DNA from: an uncultured virus (IMG/VR IMGVR_UViG_3300035204_001483)
Lineage: Duplodnaviria; Heunggongvirae; Uroviricota; Caudoviricetes
Reading direction: 5' to 3' (one strand)
DNA length: 64,000 nucleotides
Virus record (IMG/VR): IMGVR_UViG_3300035204_001483
The notes beneath the pieces were generated by a model, which ran no database searches, was not told where the DNA came from, and saw only the letters and a list, made by a program, of their open reading frames with translations. Each line of letters begins with the position of its first letter. Positions within the stretch are counted from its first letter, which is position 1. The position numbers and the translations under genes are program-made. Positions 37,332-46,013 of this stretch are shown one piece after another.

Positions 37332-37715
37332 TTACCACCAACAACTGTAAACTATAGTCCAGCCCTCAGACATAGCTTTTCTAGCCTTCTGAACGAACTC
37401 AAGGTCGCTATCCTTGTAGCCGTATTCCCCTTCGTAATCTTCATAACTATCATTCCCAAAGAAGAAACCTCCCGTTTCTGGTAGCTCCCTATCTAGGATG
37501 GTTTGCTCTAGGCTCTCCAAATCTTCTTCGTCGATACGCACATCAACAAGGTTGAATTCTCCTGAGCCACCCTTGCTGCGCCAGAGCTCTTCCATCCACC
37601 CTTGCAAACGATTGTGTTTGCGCCAGTAGTGAAGCTCCGTCTTAGTGGTGGTTTCGGTGCGTGAATCTGAATTGTAATCAGACTTTACTTTGTAAGCGTT
37701 TTGATCGAGTCCCAT
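37332..37715 (-). CDS. Conserved phage hypothetical protein
   Basis: MGLDQ..YWRKHNRLQGWM..GFFFG..YSCWW, a common phage family pattern. Confidence 0.7.
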   Translation of the reverse strand: MGLDQNAYKVKSDYNSDSRTETTTKTELHYWRKHNRLQGWMEELWRSKGGSGEFNLVDVRIDEEDLESLEQTILDRELPETGGFFFGNDSYEDYEGEYGYKDSDLEFVQKARKAMSEGWTIVYSCWW

Positions 37716-37813
37716 AATATTCTCCGTGGTTGTAGGTTTAACTAATGAAGATTAAAACATTTTTAAGTCTGATTGTCAAGGGAATTCGTAAACCGCTGCG
37801 GCTTCCCGCACCC

Positions 37814-38257
37814 CTACCTTGGGGGAACCAATGCCCAACACTCATGACCAACAAAGCAACGAGGTGAATTAAAAATTGGTTCTTCGTATTTCATCGTAAC
37901 AAACGTCTTATATTTATAAGGGTCGTATGTAATTCGCTCATAAACCCAATCTGCGTGTTCAGGCAAGTTAGCCATCGACTGCATATCCTTTAGCATCTTC
38001 TTCGGGCTTACCATTGGGGTTAAAGACAGAGGCGGTTGCTTTGTCCATGTGAGCCAATTGCCACGCACTACCGCATGAACGTTCTTACGCTTCTCATCAC
38101 GCACACGCTGATTGCCCTTTTCTCCAACAGCAAACTCAGCTTCTTGAATAATGATTCCGTGAACGTGTTTGCATACGAGTCTATCATGAGTGGTTCGCAC
38201 TGAGTAAACAATGCCTTCATGATGTAGGTTTCTGTAGACTTCAACTCTGCTTTTCAT
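37814..38257 (-). CDS. Conserved phage hypothetical protein
   Basis: VYRNLH..RVRDEKRKNVHA..YDPYK pattern. Confidence 0.7.
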   Translation of the reverse strand: MKSRVEVYRNLHHEGIVYSVRTTHDRLVCKHVHGIIIQEAEFAVGEKGNQRVRDEKRKNVHAVVRGNWLTWTKQPPLSLTPMVSPKKMLKDMQSMANLPEHADWVYERITYDPYKYKTFVTMKYEEPIFNSPRCFVGHECWALVPPR

Positions 38258-38259
38258 AA

Positions 38260-38709
38260 TTACTCCGAAAGTGAAATTTCGTGATCTGATTCAGGGATGT
38301 TTACCTTTAAGATGTTTTCTTCCCACCTCTGGTTTTCGAGCATTTCAGTAAGAGCTTTCGCTACATCTTTTTCAGTAACGTGAGACAAATCCTCTTTGGG
38401 TGCGTTACCCAATACCTCTTCCCACGGGACATTGATACGCCACCCGATTGGTAAACACTCATGCCATACACTTGCCACCGTAGGACGCAAAATAGAAACG
38501 TAGTCACCCACCATCATTGAGCGGACTTCGAGCTTCTTAAACAAGTCACACTCTTTACCACTCCCGTTATTCCAACCCTCCCACACTGCATCGAGAATAT
38601 CATGGTCTGTGTACTTGTAACCTACCGAATTTTCTTCTGGGTAGTCCAACCAGAACTTTTTACATTGCTTCTCGGTCATGTCCCGATATTGGATATTAAC
38701 TCTGATCAT
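38260..38709 (-). CDS. YodL-like protein
   Basis: RSMMVGDYV motif; start re-placed after the AAGGAGG SD. Confidence 0.5.
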   Translation of the reverse strand: MIRVNIQYRDMTEKQCKKFWLDYPEENSVGYKYTDHDILDAVWEGWNNGSGKECDLFKKLEVRSMMVGDYVSILRPTVASVWHECLPIGWRINVPWEEVLGNAPKEDLSHVTEKDVAKALTEMLENQRWEENILKVNIPESDHEISLSE

Positions 38710-38818
38710 GTTCCTCCTTATGCTTAGGTTTACGGACGTAAGAGCCTTTGCCCTTCTTAACTCGGTGAACGCGAGAGGCACTGTTCATGTATCCTTCCTT
38801 ACTTTTCCTCGCCTTCAT
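38696..38818 (-). CDS. ArfA-like peptide (40 aa)
   Basis: MKARKSKEGYMNSASRVHRVKKGKGSYVRKPKHKEEHDQS contains the ArfA KKGKGSYxRKxKH motif; leaderless after TTGACA-17-TACTTT. Confidence 0.7.
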   Translation of the reverse strand: MKARKSKEGYMNSASRVHRVKKGKGSYVRKPKHKEEHDQS

Positions 38819-38914
38819 GTGGATAAAGTACACGAAAAAAGTCTAACTGTCAAGGGAATTCGTAAGCCGCAGCGGCTCCCGCAACCCCTTCGGGCTGCGA
38901 GAGTAGGGGGTTAT

Positions 38915-39169
38915 TTAATAACCTCGCCTCCCATTTGGGTTAGCCTTATCATACTGAGGCTTAAGGCTTGAAGGTAAGGTATTAAGGATCGAATATATCT
39001 CATTCAAACGATCATGTGTCTGTTGAAGCAAGCCAACCGTAGACCTAAATCTCTTGACGCTATCTTCCGTTAGGTTAATCCCGTTAATTAGGTTCTCCAT
39101 CTGATCAGAAAGATCAGAGGCTTGTTTGGTTAGTTCGATTACGTCTGTTGTAGGTTTCTTTTCGCTCAT
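38915..39169 (-). CDS. Coiled-coil early protein
   Basis: Own promoter TTGACG-17-TAGTAT. Confidence 0.65.
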   Translation of the reverse strand: MSEKKPTTDVIELTKQASDLSDQMENLINGINLTEDSVKRFRSTVGLLQQTHDRLNEIYSILNTLPSSLKPQYDKANPNGRRGY

Positions 39170-39240
39170 AACAAATAAGATACTACCCCAAAACTAAAAG
39201 CCCGTCAACAACAAAAGGGGATGCGTAAACCGCAGCCGCT

Positions 39241-39265
39241 CCCGTAACCCCTTCGGGGTTACGGG
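39241..39265. terminator. Hairpin on the right arm of the element at 3' ends of minus-strand cassettes (terminator or processing candidate)
   Basis: CCCGTAACCCC-TTC-GGGGTTACGGG; related hairpins near 35147, 35544, 37297, 38880. No clear U-tract. Confidence 0.5.
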
Positions 39266-39282
39266 TGGGGGGAGGGGGTTAT

Positions 39283-40182
39283 TTAGTTCAGGGTCACGTC
39301 GGATTCGGTCACTACCGTGTCAGTCGGAACCGCGACAACAAGCCTATTTAACTTGTCAGAGTTTTCCGCAGCACCGCGCAACCGCCGCAGGACGTTGGTG
39401 CTAACGGTGTTGGCGTACTCGAAACGGTTGGGGCTAACCTCATGGGTGAGGTGTTGAGTGGCTGCATTGTAGAGCGTCCACAAGTTGCGAGCCTCGTCCT
39501 CCTCATGGGTTGGGTTTTCCCAAATCTTAAGGATGCCATCCTTCACCACGTTAGACAGTACCTTGGACTTGTTCAACTGGTTGAGGATGTTGCGGCCCTG
39601 CTCCTGCGAGATGTCACGCTCGCCCAATACGCTGAAGCCTTGCGCGGCTTTGTGGAAACTTCCGGTAGCCTTGTCGAGAGCATCCCCGATGAAACCGATT
39701 TCCACGTTACTGCTATGCTTGCGAGTCATGCCAAACTCTTTTTCCATTGTGGTCATGCCGTTAAGGCAAACCAACCGCACCATGCCAAGCGCGAAGGATA
39801 CGCGCAGGGAACGGTCAAAAGAGTTTTGCAAGGTAAGACGCATTCCCATCTCCATGCCCTTGGTGCGATCCTCGCGCCGTGTAGCAATAGCCGTTTCATT
39901 CTCGAAGTCGTACTGCGCGAACATACGTTCACCGCGACCCGCCACGACAACCTGACGATTGGTTGGAGTCATCCCGCGAGACTCGAAAGCTTCCTCTGCA
40001 TTACCGATTAAATCGGCATTCTGTACAAAGCCGTACTGCTCCGTACCCCAGCCAAGCTCCTCGCCCGTGTCAGTGCGAACGTGCGCGTACACGCGAGATT
40101 TTTTGTTGGTAGTGGACACGGTGAGCGGAACACGCTCTACAGTGAAGTCGAAATCGGAGGTTTGAATAGTGTTTCTGGCCAT
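39283..40182 (-). CDS. DUF932-family protein
   Basis: Y..VQN, LQNSFDRS, RLVCLNG, KH, NLWTLYNAATQHLTH. Confidence 0.8.
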   Translation of the reverse strand: MARNTIQTSDFDFTVERVPLTVSTTNKKSRVYAHVRTDTGEELGWGTEQYGFVQNADLIGNAEEAFESRGMTPTNRQVVVAGRGERMFAQYDFENETAIATRREDRTKGMEMGMRLTLQNSFDRSLRVSFALGMVRLVCLNGMTTMEKEFGMTRKHSSNVEIGFIGDALDKATGSFHKAAQGFSVLGERDISQEQGRNILNQLNKSKVLSNVVKDGILKIWENPTHEEDEARNLWTLYNAATQHLTHEVSPNRFEYANTVSTNVLRRLRGAAENSDKLNRLVVAVPTDTVVTESDVTLN

Positions 40183-40635
40183 GATTAGGTTTTCTTTCTT
40201 GGGTTTAGGGTTCGTCTAACTGGTAAAGATTAAACCATATATCGGATTAAGTGTCAAACCTTTTTTCACCTCACTGGATAGATTCTTTTCCCCCCCCCTA
40301 ACCCCTTGCGAAGCAAGGGGTTGCGTAGGCCGCTGCGGCCTCACGAGCCCCTATACAATGAGACTTAACCCAATGCCCTTAATTGTTAGAGTTATTTAAC
40401 TATATTTAATTTGCCAAAAATTGCTGTATTTCACTGTTATTCTACCCCAGAGTTTCTTATATAAGGGGGATTTCTCCGATGAGAAAATGGGGGTATTTAA
40501 GAAATTGCGTTGGTTAGAATGATTACGGGCAATATGCCTTTCCGAAAACTCCTCCCGCTTAACTTCTAGAGAGCAAAATGATAAAACCTCTCTAGCTAAT
40601 AAGCATCATTCTTTACGATGCCAACGCTCACCGTT

Positions 40636-40860
40636 TTATGATGGAGTGTCTGTAGGCAAATTTTCCTCGACGATTTCCAGCTTCGCAACCGTATTTCCGT
40701 TTGCGTCTTGAGCGGTAACAAAGTCACCAACATCAACAGCCATTATGCGTCCCGCGTTATCAACAAGGCGTTCTAGTACATTTTGTATTTCAAACAGACG
40801 CTCTGAAGGATTGTTGCCAAAAGCGTCATTGCCTAGTTCGATTTCGATTTTCGCTTTCAT
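40636..40860 (-). CDS. Conserved phage hypothetical protein
   Basis: IEIELGNDAF..DANGNTV pattern; leaderless promoter at 40896. Confidence 0.65.
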   Translation of the reverse strand: MKAKIEIELGNDAFGNNPSERLFEIQNVLERLVDNAGRIMAVDVGDFVTAQDANGNTVAKLEIVEENLPTDTPS

Positions 40861-40885
40861 TGGGTATAACCTAACACACGAAACG

Positions 40886-41134
40886 CTAGTTGTCAAGAGG
40901 TTTCTTATGTCTTTCAACTACGTCTGCTACCTGCTCGCCCTTCTCGTAGTCAGGTAGCTTAACAACGTACATGGAGTCTCTATCTCTTAACGTATAATTG
41001 TATTCCGTGTGTTTTAATGTCACACTATTCCTTCCACCAGACAGACGCGCAGATTGAATAGCCTCCTCCTCAGAGTTAGCGTCTACGATATAAGTAGATG
41101 ACCACATTTCAGTTGTTATTACTTTATACTTCAT
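40886..41134 (-). CDS. DpnD/PcfM-like small protein
   Basis: YKV..IVDANSEEEAI. Confidence 0.5.
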   Translation of the reverse strand: MKYKVITTEMWSSTYIVDANSEEEAIQSARLSGGRNSVTLKHTEYNYTLRDRDSMYVVKLPDYEKGEQVADVVERHKKPLDN

Positions 41135-41137
41135 AAT

Positions 41138-41296
41138 TTAATCCTCGTAGATTTCCTTGTAGCGTTCTTCAATGTCTGCGTCAGGCATCTGATTGAACCC
41201 CAAGACTCCATCCATTAACATCTCACGAATGTCTCTATCTCCAACCTGTTCAAATACAGATTCCATTAAGCGTTCTCTTTTTTCGTCAATAGTCAT
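41138..41296 (-). CDS. 52-aa acidic hypothetical protein
   Basis: Read by hand; fills the gap in the operon. Confidence 0.55.
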   Translation of the reverse strand: MTIDEKRERLMESVFEQVGDRDIREMLMDGVLGFNQMPDADIEERYKEIYED

Positions 41297-41299
41297 AAT

Positions 41300-41476
41300 T
41301 TAATGCTCCAATACGTCAAACTTTGTTTCGTCGTCTAGGGTATAAGCATACTCTGTGTCTTTCCCGTAATCGCCTTCACCATTTTTAGCGGCAGCAATCG
41401 CTTCATTCTTATTCTCCGCTTCCACCACAACGTATTGCCAATGGACTTCGGGTATTCTAACTGTGAATGTTTTCAT
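41300..41476 (-). CDS. DpnD/PcfM-like small protein (58 aa)
   Basis: MKTFTVRIPEVHWQYVVVEAENKNEAI; read by hand. Confidence 0.55.
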   Translation of the reverse strand: MKTFTVRIPEVHWQYVVVEAENKNEAIAAAKNGEGDYGKDTEYAYTLDDETKFDVLEH

Positions 41477-41653
41477 TTAGTCCTCCAATTTCTTAAAGTT
41501 GTCTACTACGATTTGGCAGAGAGCATCCGCGTTTTCCTTATAACCTCCAGCGGCTTCTACATAGCAGATGATGTCCTCCTGCATTTGTTCTCTTACCTCC
41601 GCAAACTTTTCGGGGTAAACCTTCTTGTATCCTCCTCTGTGTATAATTTTCAT
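41477..41653 (-). CDS. Hypothetical protein
   Basis: MKIIHRGG..LCQIVVDNFKKL; packed in the operon. Confidence 0.55.
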   Translation of the reverse strand: MKIIHRGGYKKVYPEKFAEVREQMQEDIICYVEAAGGYKENADALCQIVVDNFKKLED

Positions 41654-41655
41654 AC

Positions 41656-41859
41656 TTAAATCCAATCTTGCTTTGAGTCTCCGCTGATACCATGCCTCTG
41701 GCATAAATCGTCCCACTCCATACTGTTATAGGTTGAGTTGCGAGATTGAGTATCAACCACCATTTCTTTTAGATGGTTTGTGAGTTCGCCTATGTCCTCG
41801 AATTGAATTCTGACGTACTTATCGGTAGATTGCCTTGGAGGTTTTCTTGTAGGTTTCAT
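41656..41859 (-). CDS. Early protein
   Basis: Leaderless MKPTRKP after TTGACA-17-TATAGT. Confidence 0.6.
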   Translation of the reverse strand: MKPTRKPPRQSTDKYVRIQFEDIGELTNHLKEMVVDTQSRNSTYNSMEWDDLCQRHGISGDSKQDWI

Positions 41860-41941
41860 GTAAAGACTATAGCCCACATTGGACTTTGTGTCAAGGACAA
41901 AAGGGGTTAAGGAAAACGCAGCGGCCTCATCATCCCCATTG

Positions 41942-42505
41942 CTACGGGCGTTTACGTGTCAGAGTTATTTTGCACTTATTGCATCGGTATGTGCGCCCCT
42001 TCTTCATCCTGTTATGAATTGTCGTGGATATAGTATGAGAAGGATTCGGACACCCGCAGTAATATTTCCATCGTTTCTGTTTCTTTCCTCCCGCATTCGT
42101 CGTATCATAATTGTGACACCTATTCGGTTTCAGACCGAGATGACGCATTACTTTTTTCCAATCGCGTCCGTGGGCGGTAGGCTTTTCAATTCTTCTTAGA
42201 CTATAGAGTTTGTCCGTCAAGATGTGTGCAAACTCGTGGCCGACTGTTTGCTTTATGAAATGCTCCACGTTTTCTTTTAGCAAAACGTAATTTATTTCAA
42301 TGATATTTCTATAGCTGTTCGCGGTTCCTGCCCTATTTCCTTTTAGACTATAACGTAGATCGGGCGGTTCCATTGTTATTCCCCAATGCTTTTCGGCATA
42401 GTCATGTAGTTCTCCAATTCTATCTTCGCAACGCGCTTGCAATTCTGCGGTGGTGGGAACAAGTAAACCCGACTCTTTTTTTTCGAATGATTCTATTATT
42501 ATCAT
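41942..42505 (-). CDS. SprT-like zinc metalloprotease
   Basis: RAGTA, HEFAH, HGRDWK, YYCGC..YRCNKC. Confidence 0.88.
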   Translation of the reverse strand: MIIIESFEKKESGLLVPTTAELQARCEDRIGELHDYAEKHWGITMEPPDLRYSLKGNRAGTANSYRNIIEINYVLLKENVEHFIKQTVGHEFAHILTDKLYSLRRIEKPTAHGRDWKKVMRHLGLKPNRCHNYDTTNAGGKKQKRWKYYCGCPNPSHTISTTIHNRMKKGRTYRCNKCKITLTRKRP

Positions 42506-42575
42506 TTTCTTTTTTTGGGGTTTCTTATGGCGTCAACGAGAATGTAAAGTAGTAAAAAGGTTACTATCGCAGACA

Positions 42576-43367
42576 CTAAGCCACCTCCATTTCTTTGCGT
42601 TTGCTGTACCCGTTCCAGCCTCTGCGTTTTAGTTCTTGAATTGCTTGGCTTGCTGCGCTGCCCTTTGGCTGTGTGCCATGAATGAGTAGAGCAAAATTCT
42701 TTTTTCCAAATGCTGCATGGTAATCATCATGGTCAATCTCAAAACCCATTGCGTCGGCTTCTTCTTCACTATAAACAACCTCGGCATACTTTAGACCATG
42801 CTCCACAATAAGCGCGTCATGCTTGCCGCCGAAAGATGCGGTCAGTACAAAGTTTGAAGGAATAGAATCAAAACGATGTACCCAAAAGTTCAAGCTCTTT
42901 GTGTACGCATAAAAATGCTTGTTGGGGTTACGTCGTGCAACTTCCATCCACGCATCAAAATAAACCTGTGAAAAGAAATCACCACCCACATGGACACGCA
43001 TGATGTCAAACTTTTTGGGAAGCATCGACTCTAGTAAATCGGCAACCTCTTTTGCCTGATTCTTTTTGTATCGCCATGCGTTGAGGAGAACGTTTTTGAT
43101 AGCCTCAAAATTACGCCACACCATTGCGCGTGTGTTTTTATACTGTGATTCGCTACTCGCCGCAAAGCAACGAAATGCTGTGTGTGGGCCGTCTGTAATC
43201 TTGCCCGTTGTCCTGTCCGCTTTAGACAAGCAATCTTTTGCTGCTGGACACGTCCACCCGCTAGGGAGGGTGAAAGATTTAATAGTTAAACCGAGCCGCT
43301 TCGCCATCGCAATTAACTTTGCGTTAGCTTGGGAAAAGGTTAGAGCTTGGGGTTGTGTAGGTTTCAT
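42576..43367 (-). CDS. Phage gp88-like protein
   Basis: SFTLPSGWTCP..C..CFA, RVHVGGDFFS, FYAYTKS. Confidence 0.7.
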   Translation of the reverse strand: MKPTQPQALTFSQANAKLIAMAKRLGLTIKSFTLPSGWTCPAAKDCLSKADRTTGKITDGPHTAFRCFAASSESQYKNTRAMVWRNFEAIKNVLLNAWRYKKNQAKEVADLLESMLPKKFDIMRVHVGGDFFSQVYFDAWMEVARRNPNKHFYAYTKSLNFWVHRFDSIPSNFVLTASFGGKHDALIVEHGLKYAEVVYSEEEADAMGFEIDHDDYHAAFGKKNFALLIHGTQPKGSAASQAIQELKRRGWNGYSKRKEMEVA

Positions 43368-43406
43368 GATGTAAATATAGCAGGTTTTACTTAGGTTGTC
43401 AAGTCT

Positions 43407-43853
43407 TTACTGAAAGTTGTAAAATCTTTCGCTGGTTTGTTTCCACTCTTCTTCATCGTTCCACACGCCACCAGTTTTCATAGTGCCATGCCCACACATT
43501 TCGCTACTGAGGGAAAGCCGGTAAGCTCCCCCATGCTGCACGGAAATAAACGTTTCGTGAATCATGTTGTTGAATCTAAGTCGCGCAAGTAAGCCAGCGT
43601 AACGTCTGACCTTTTCTCTTAGCGTGTTTCCGTGCTTGCCTAAGAAGTAAGCAAGGGAGGAGTTATAAAAGTAATTCCTTATGTCTTCCTCCGTTGTCCA
43701 GATGTAAGCAAACCTTTCAGACATATAATTCAACTCACCGTTGTACGCTCCGTGGTTGTACCAACTGTAATCCTGTGAAATGATTTTTTGGGGGTCGTCC
43801 GATTCGATACCGACTGCCCAACTGTTTCCGAGTGGTTGATAGAATAGCTTCAT
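43407..43853 (-). CDS. Early hypothetical protein
   Basis: Leaderless ATG after the promoter next to the last element. Confidence 0.65.
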   Translation of the reverse strand: MKLFYQPLGNSWAVGIESDDPQKIISQDYSWYNHGAYNGELNYMSERFAYIWTTEEDIRNYFYNSSLAYFLGKHGNTLREKVRRYAGLLARLRFNNMIHETFISVQHGGAYRLSLSSEMCGHGTMKTGGVWNDEEEWKQTSERFYNFQ

Positions 43854-43972
43854 TGGGACTTAAGGTACACTAATATAACCTACGTGTCAAGAGCAAAAAG
43901 GGGTTAAGAAGGCCGCAGCGATTTTCGCAAGCCTTATCCCGAGTTAAGGTCAAAACTCTTTATTTGATATAT

Positions 43973-44317
43973 TTAGAAGTCAAAAAATTCTATTATTTGA
44001 TCACTGTTTATTTTCCAGTGCATGAAGCTTATTATTTGAGAAGTAGATGGTATTTGAGGATCGCCAAACCCATATTGGTATCCCCCTATTACCATTGAGT
44101 CTAGTTGTGCGCCGATATCAGTTTCATCTATACCGACACTGAGGGTGCGAGAAAAATATCTTACATATATTATTTTGTGTTTTGTTTCTGCTCTCCACTC
44201 ACAACTTTTTTCAGTAATTGTACCTGCTAATATATATATCTTTCTATACCCGCCAAACCTTTTGAGAACAGAGGGGGTGACAACCCTTTGCAGTCCAGAT
44301 TCTCCAGATAAGTCCAT
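43973..44317 (-). CDS. Hypothetical protein
   Basis: 114-aa ORF. Confidence 0.5.
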   Translation of the reverse strand: MDLSGESGLQRVVTPSVLKRFGGYRKIYILAGTITEKSCEWRAETKHKIIYVRYFSRTLSVGIDETDIGAQLDSMVIGGYQYGFGDPQIPSTSQIISFMHWKINSDQIIEFFDF

Positions 44318-44323
44318 GTTATA

Positions 44324-45289
44324 TTATACATGAGTTTTATCTAGTTCTACTAGGTAGTTACGCCCTTTTTGAGTGATGTTCCTGCCTTTAGTTGTGATCT
44401 CCATGAGGTCGTGACTCTGAAGAAACAATTCGTAATCACACCGTAAGGATTGAACAGTCAACTTTACTTTTGTGCCGAGTTTAGTGAGCGAAACATCTCG
44501 ACAGTCACGTAATACTCGCAGCACCCTCACCTCTTTCGGGCGTAAACCTAAAGGAGTAATGCCTAGAGTGCCAGTTAACGCTTTCCAATCCTTACGGGTA
44601 AATTTAGAAAGTTTGCCGTTGGCATCTAAATACATCTGGATATTAATTGCCATCTTTTGGGCAGCGCGTGGGTTGCCACGCAACACAGAAGCGATTTCCT
44701 CTGGTAGTCCATCTTCAAATTCTACTTCACTTAAATTAAGTAAAATGATCTCCCCCAACTCCTCATGGCTGTAATCTTCAAGGTCAACTCTATCCAACCT
44801 ATCCATGAGAGCGTGAAATACCTTATGAGGTTCGCTCGTAGCAAATAAGAAAGTCTGACGACGAAAATCAAAATCAAACGTAAACTCATCCCAACTAAAA
44901 GAATTACGGTTTTGGGGATTAGGGTTAAGAATAGAGAGCATAACCATCTCAACATCTGGAGGAATCTCGCTCGCCTCATCAAAAAGAACGGTTACGTCCC
45001 TGTCGTGAACTTTAGGAATAATTAACTCATCAAAAAATGCTTTGGTATTCTTAATGGAAGCGCAATTAACTTCGCAATACTTTTTGGGTTTATCTTCTCC
45101 GCTTTTAACTAACTCTTTTGCTAGAGCTTTAGCTATAAGTGTTTTGCCGCACCCCTTTGACGCAGTAAACATCATGTTTGGAATCAATCCTGCTTTTTCG
45201 TAGGAATCAATATAGAAGTCTAACTTTCGTTTAGCTTGCGGTTGGCCTATAATGCCATCAAATCGTGAAGAGGTGTAGGTTTCGCTCAT
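44324..45289 (-). CDS. ruvB: RuvB-like Holliday junction AAA+ ATPase
   Basis: FDGIIGQ, GCGKT, LFDE, ALMDR, RGNPRAA, LGITPLGL, TTKGR: RuvB order of motifs and length. Confidence 0.78.
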   Translation of the reverse strand: MSETYTSSRFDGIIGQPQAKRKLDFYIDSYEKAGLIPNMMFTASKGCGKTLIAKALAKELVKSGEDKPKKYCEVNCASIKNTKAFFDELIIPKVHDRDVTVLFDEASEIPPDVEMVMLSILNPNPQNRNSFSWDEFTFDFDFRRQTFLFATSEPHKVFHALMDRLDRVDLEDYSHEELGEIILLNLSEVEFEDGLPEEIASVLRGNPRAAQKMAINIQMYLDANGKLSKFTRKDWKALTGTLGITPLGLRPKEVRVLRVLRDCRDVSLTKLGTKVKLTVQSLRCDYELFLQSHDLMEITTKGRNITQKGRNYLVELDKTHV

Positions 45290-45496
45290 GTAAAAATAGT
45301 ACTATCTATCGGAAATAAAGTCAAGCACTTAATCTTTTTTTAGTCTCATCTTCGACCTTCTTGTTAAAGACTTTTGCTTCGTGAGAGTTGGAATCATCTA
45401 ATACTATAGACCTGACCTCTCCATCTAACTCATCTAAGAATTCTTGATAAACTTCTTTGTGAGTGTCCCAATAGCGAGACGATTTAAGAGTCATGA

Positions 45497-45730
45497 TTAT
45501 TTTCTGCCTTCTGCGCGACGAATGGCTTCTTTTGCGATATCATCCATTATACGCTGATCACTTTTATCGTGATAAACGTGTCTACCGCTAATAACTTCAA
45601 AATTTTCGATAATGATTTTTTGTTTCCACGGGGGCTGCTCTCCCACCACTTCATTCCACGCAACTTCGTATCTCGCTGCCATGCCTGTCGGTGGTGAGGA
45701 AGGAAGCTTCATGTCCTTTATTACACTCAT
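45497..45730 (-). CDS. Hypothetical protein
   Basis: 77-aa ORF in operon. Confidence 0.5.
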   Translation of the reverse strand: MSVIKDMKLPSSPPTGMAARYEVAWNEVVGEQPPWKQKIIIENFEVISGRHVYHDKSDQRIMDDIAKEAIRRAEGRK

Positions 45731-45731
45731 T

Positions 45732-46013
45732 TTACCACTCCGTTTCTTTTACTTCGACGCGAACCCCGTCATCTTCTAAATTCGTCGTCTGGTCGTCCTC
45801 GAACTTAGTTTCTTTAACGTTTACGGTTGGCTTGGGTTGATCCGAAACAGATGTAATATCATTGCCAACAACACCAAGGTCTACAGCCCACTTACGCGAA
45901 ACTCTAACGGTCATACTGGGGCGGAGAAGATCATTTAACTGCTGGAGGGTAACATTGCAGAAAGAGTAAGACCCCTTTTTTCTTCCGCTACCAGGCTTTC
46001 TGGTTTTCTTCAT
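45732..46013 (-). CDS. Small protein with AT-hook-like basic N-terminus
   Basis: RKPGSGRKKGS; leaderless promoter at 46048. Confidence 0.55.
   Translation of the reverse strand: MKKTRKPGSGRKKGSYSFCNVTLQQLNDLLRPSMTVRVSRKWAVDLGVVGNDITSVSDQPKPTVNVKETKFEDDQTTNLEDDGVRVEVKETEW

Larger units (their letters stand above)
32319..43935. repeat. 22 copies of a 37-bp symmetric element AGGGGTT-N8-CGCWGCG-N8-AACCCCT separating early gene cassettes
   Basis: Copies start at 32319, 32648, 32949, 33193, 33554, 33845, 34194, 34549, 34891, 35120, 35517, 36003, 36306, 36541, 36903, 37269, 37779, 38853, 39216, 40316, 41902, 43899. The 7-8-7-8-7 spacing is kept in all; some arms are degenerate. Confidence 0.93.

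Noticed and set aside
39348..40165. Overlapping ORFs within the DUF932 gene
   Set aside because: Explained by GC-rich codon bias; no motifs or expression signals.
32319..43935. CRISPR array or classical integron
   Set aside because: The intervening sequences are 200-1900-bp genes with promoters, the repeats are degenerate, and no cas gene, IntI-type integrase or attC RYYYAAC/GTTRRRY ends are recognisable.
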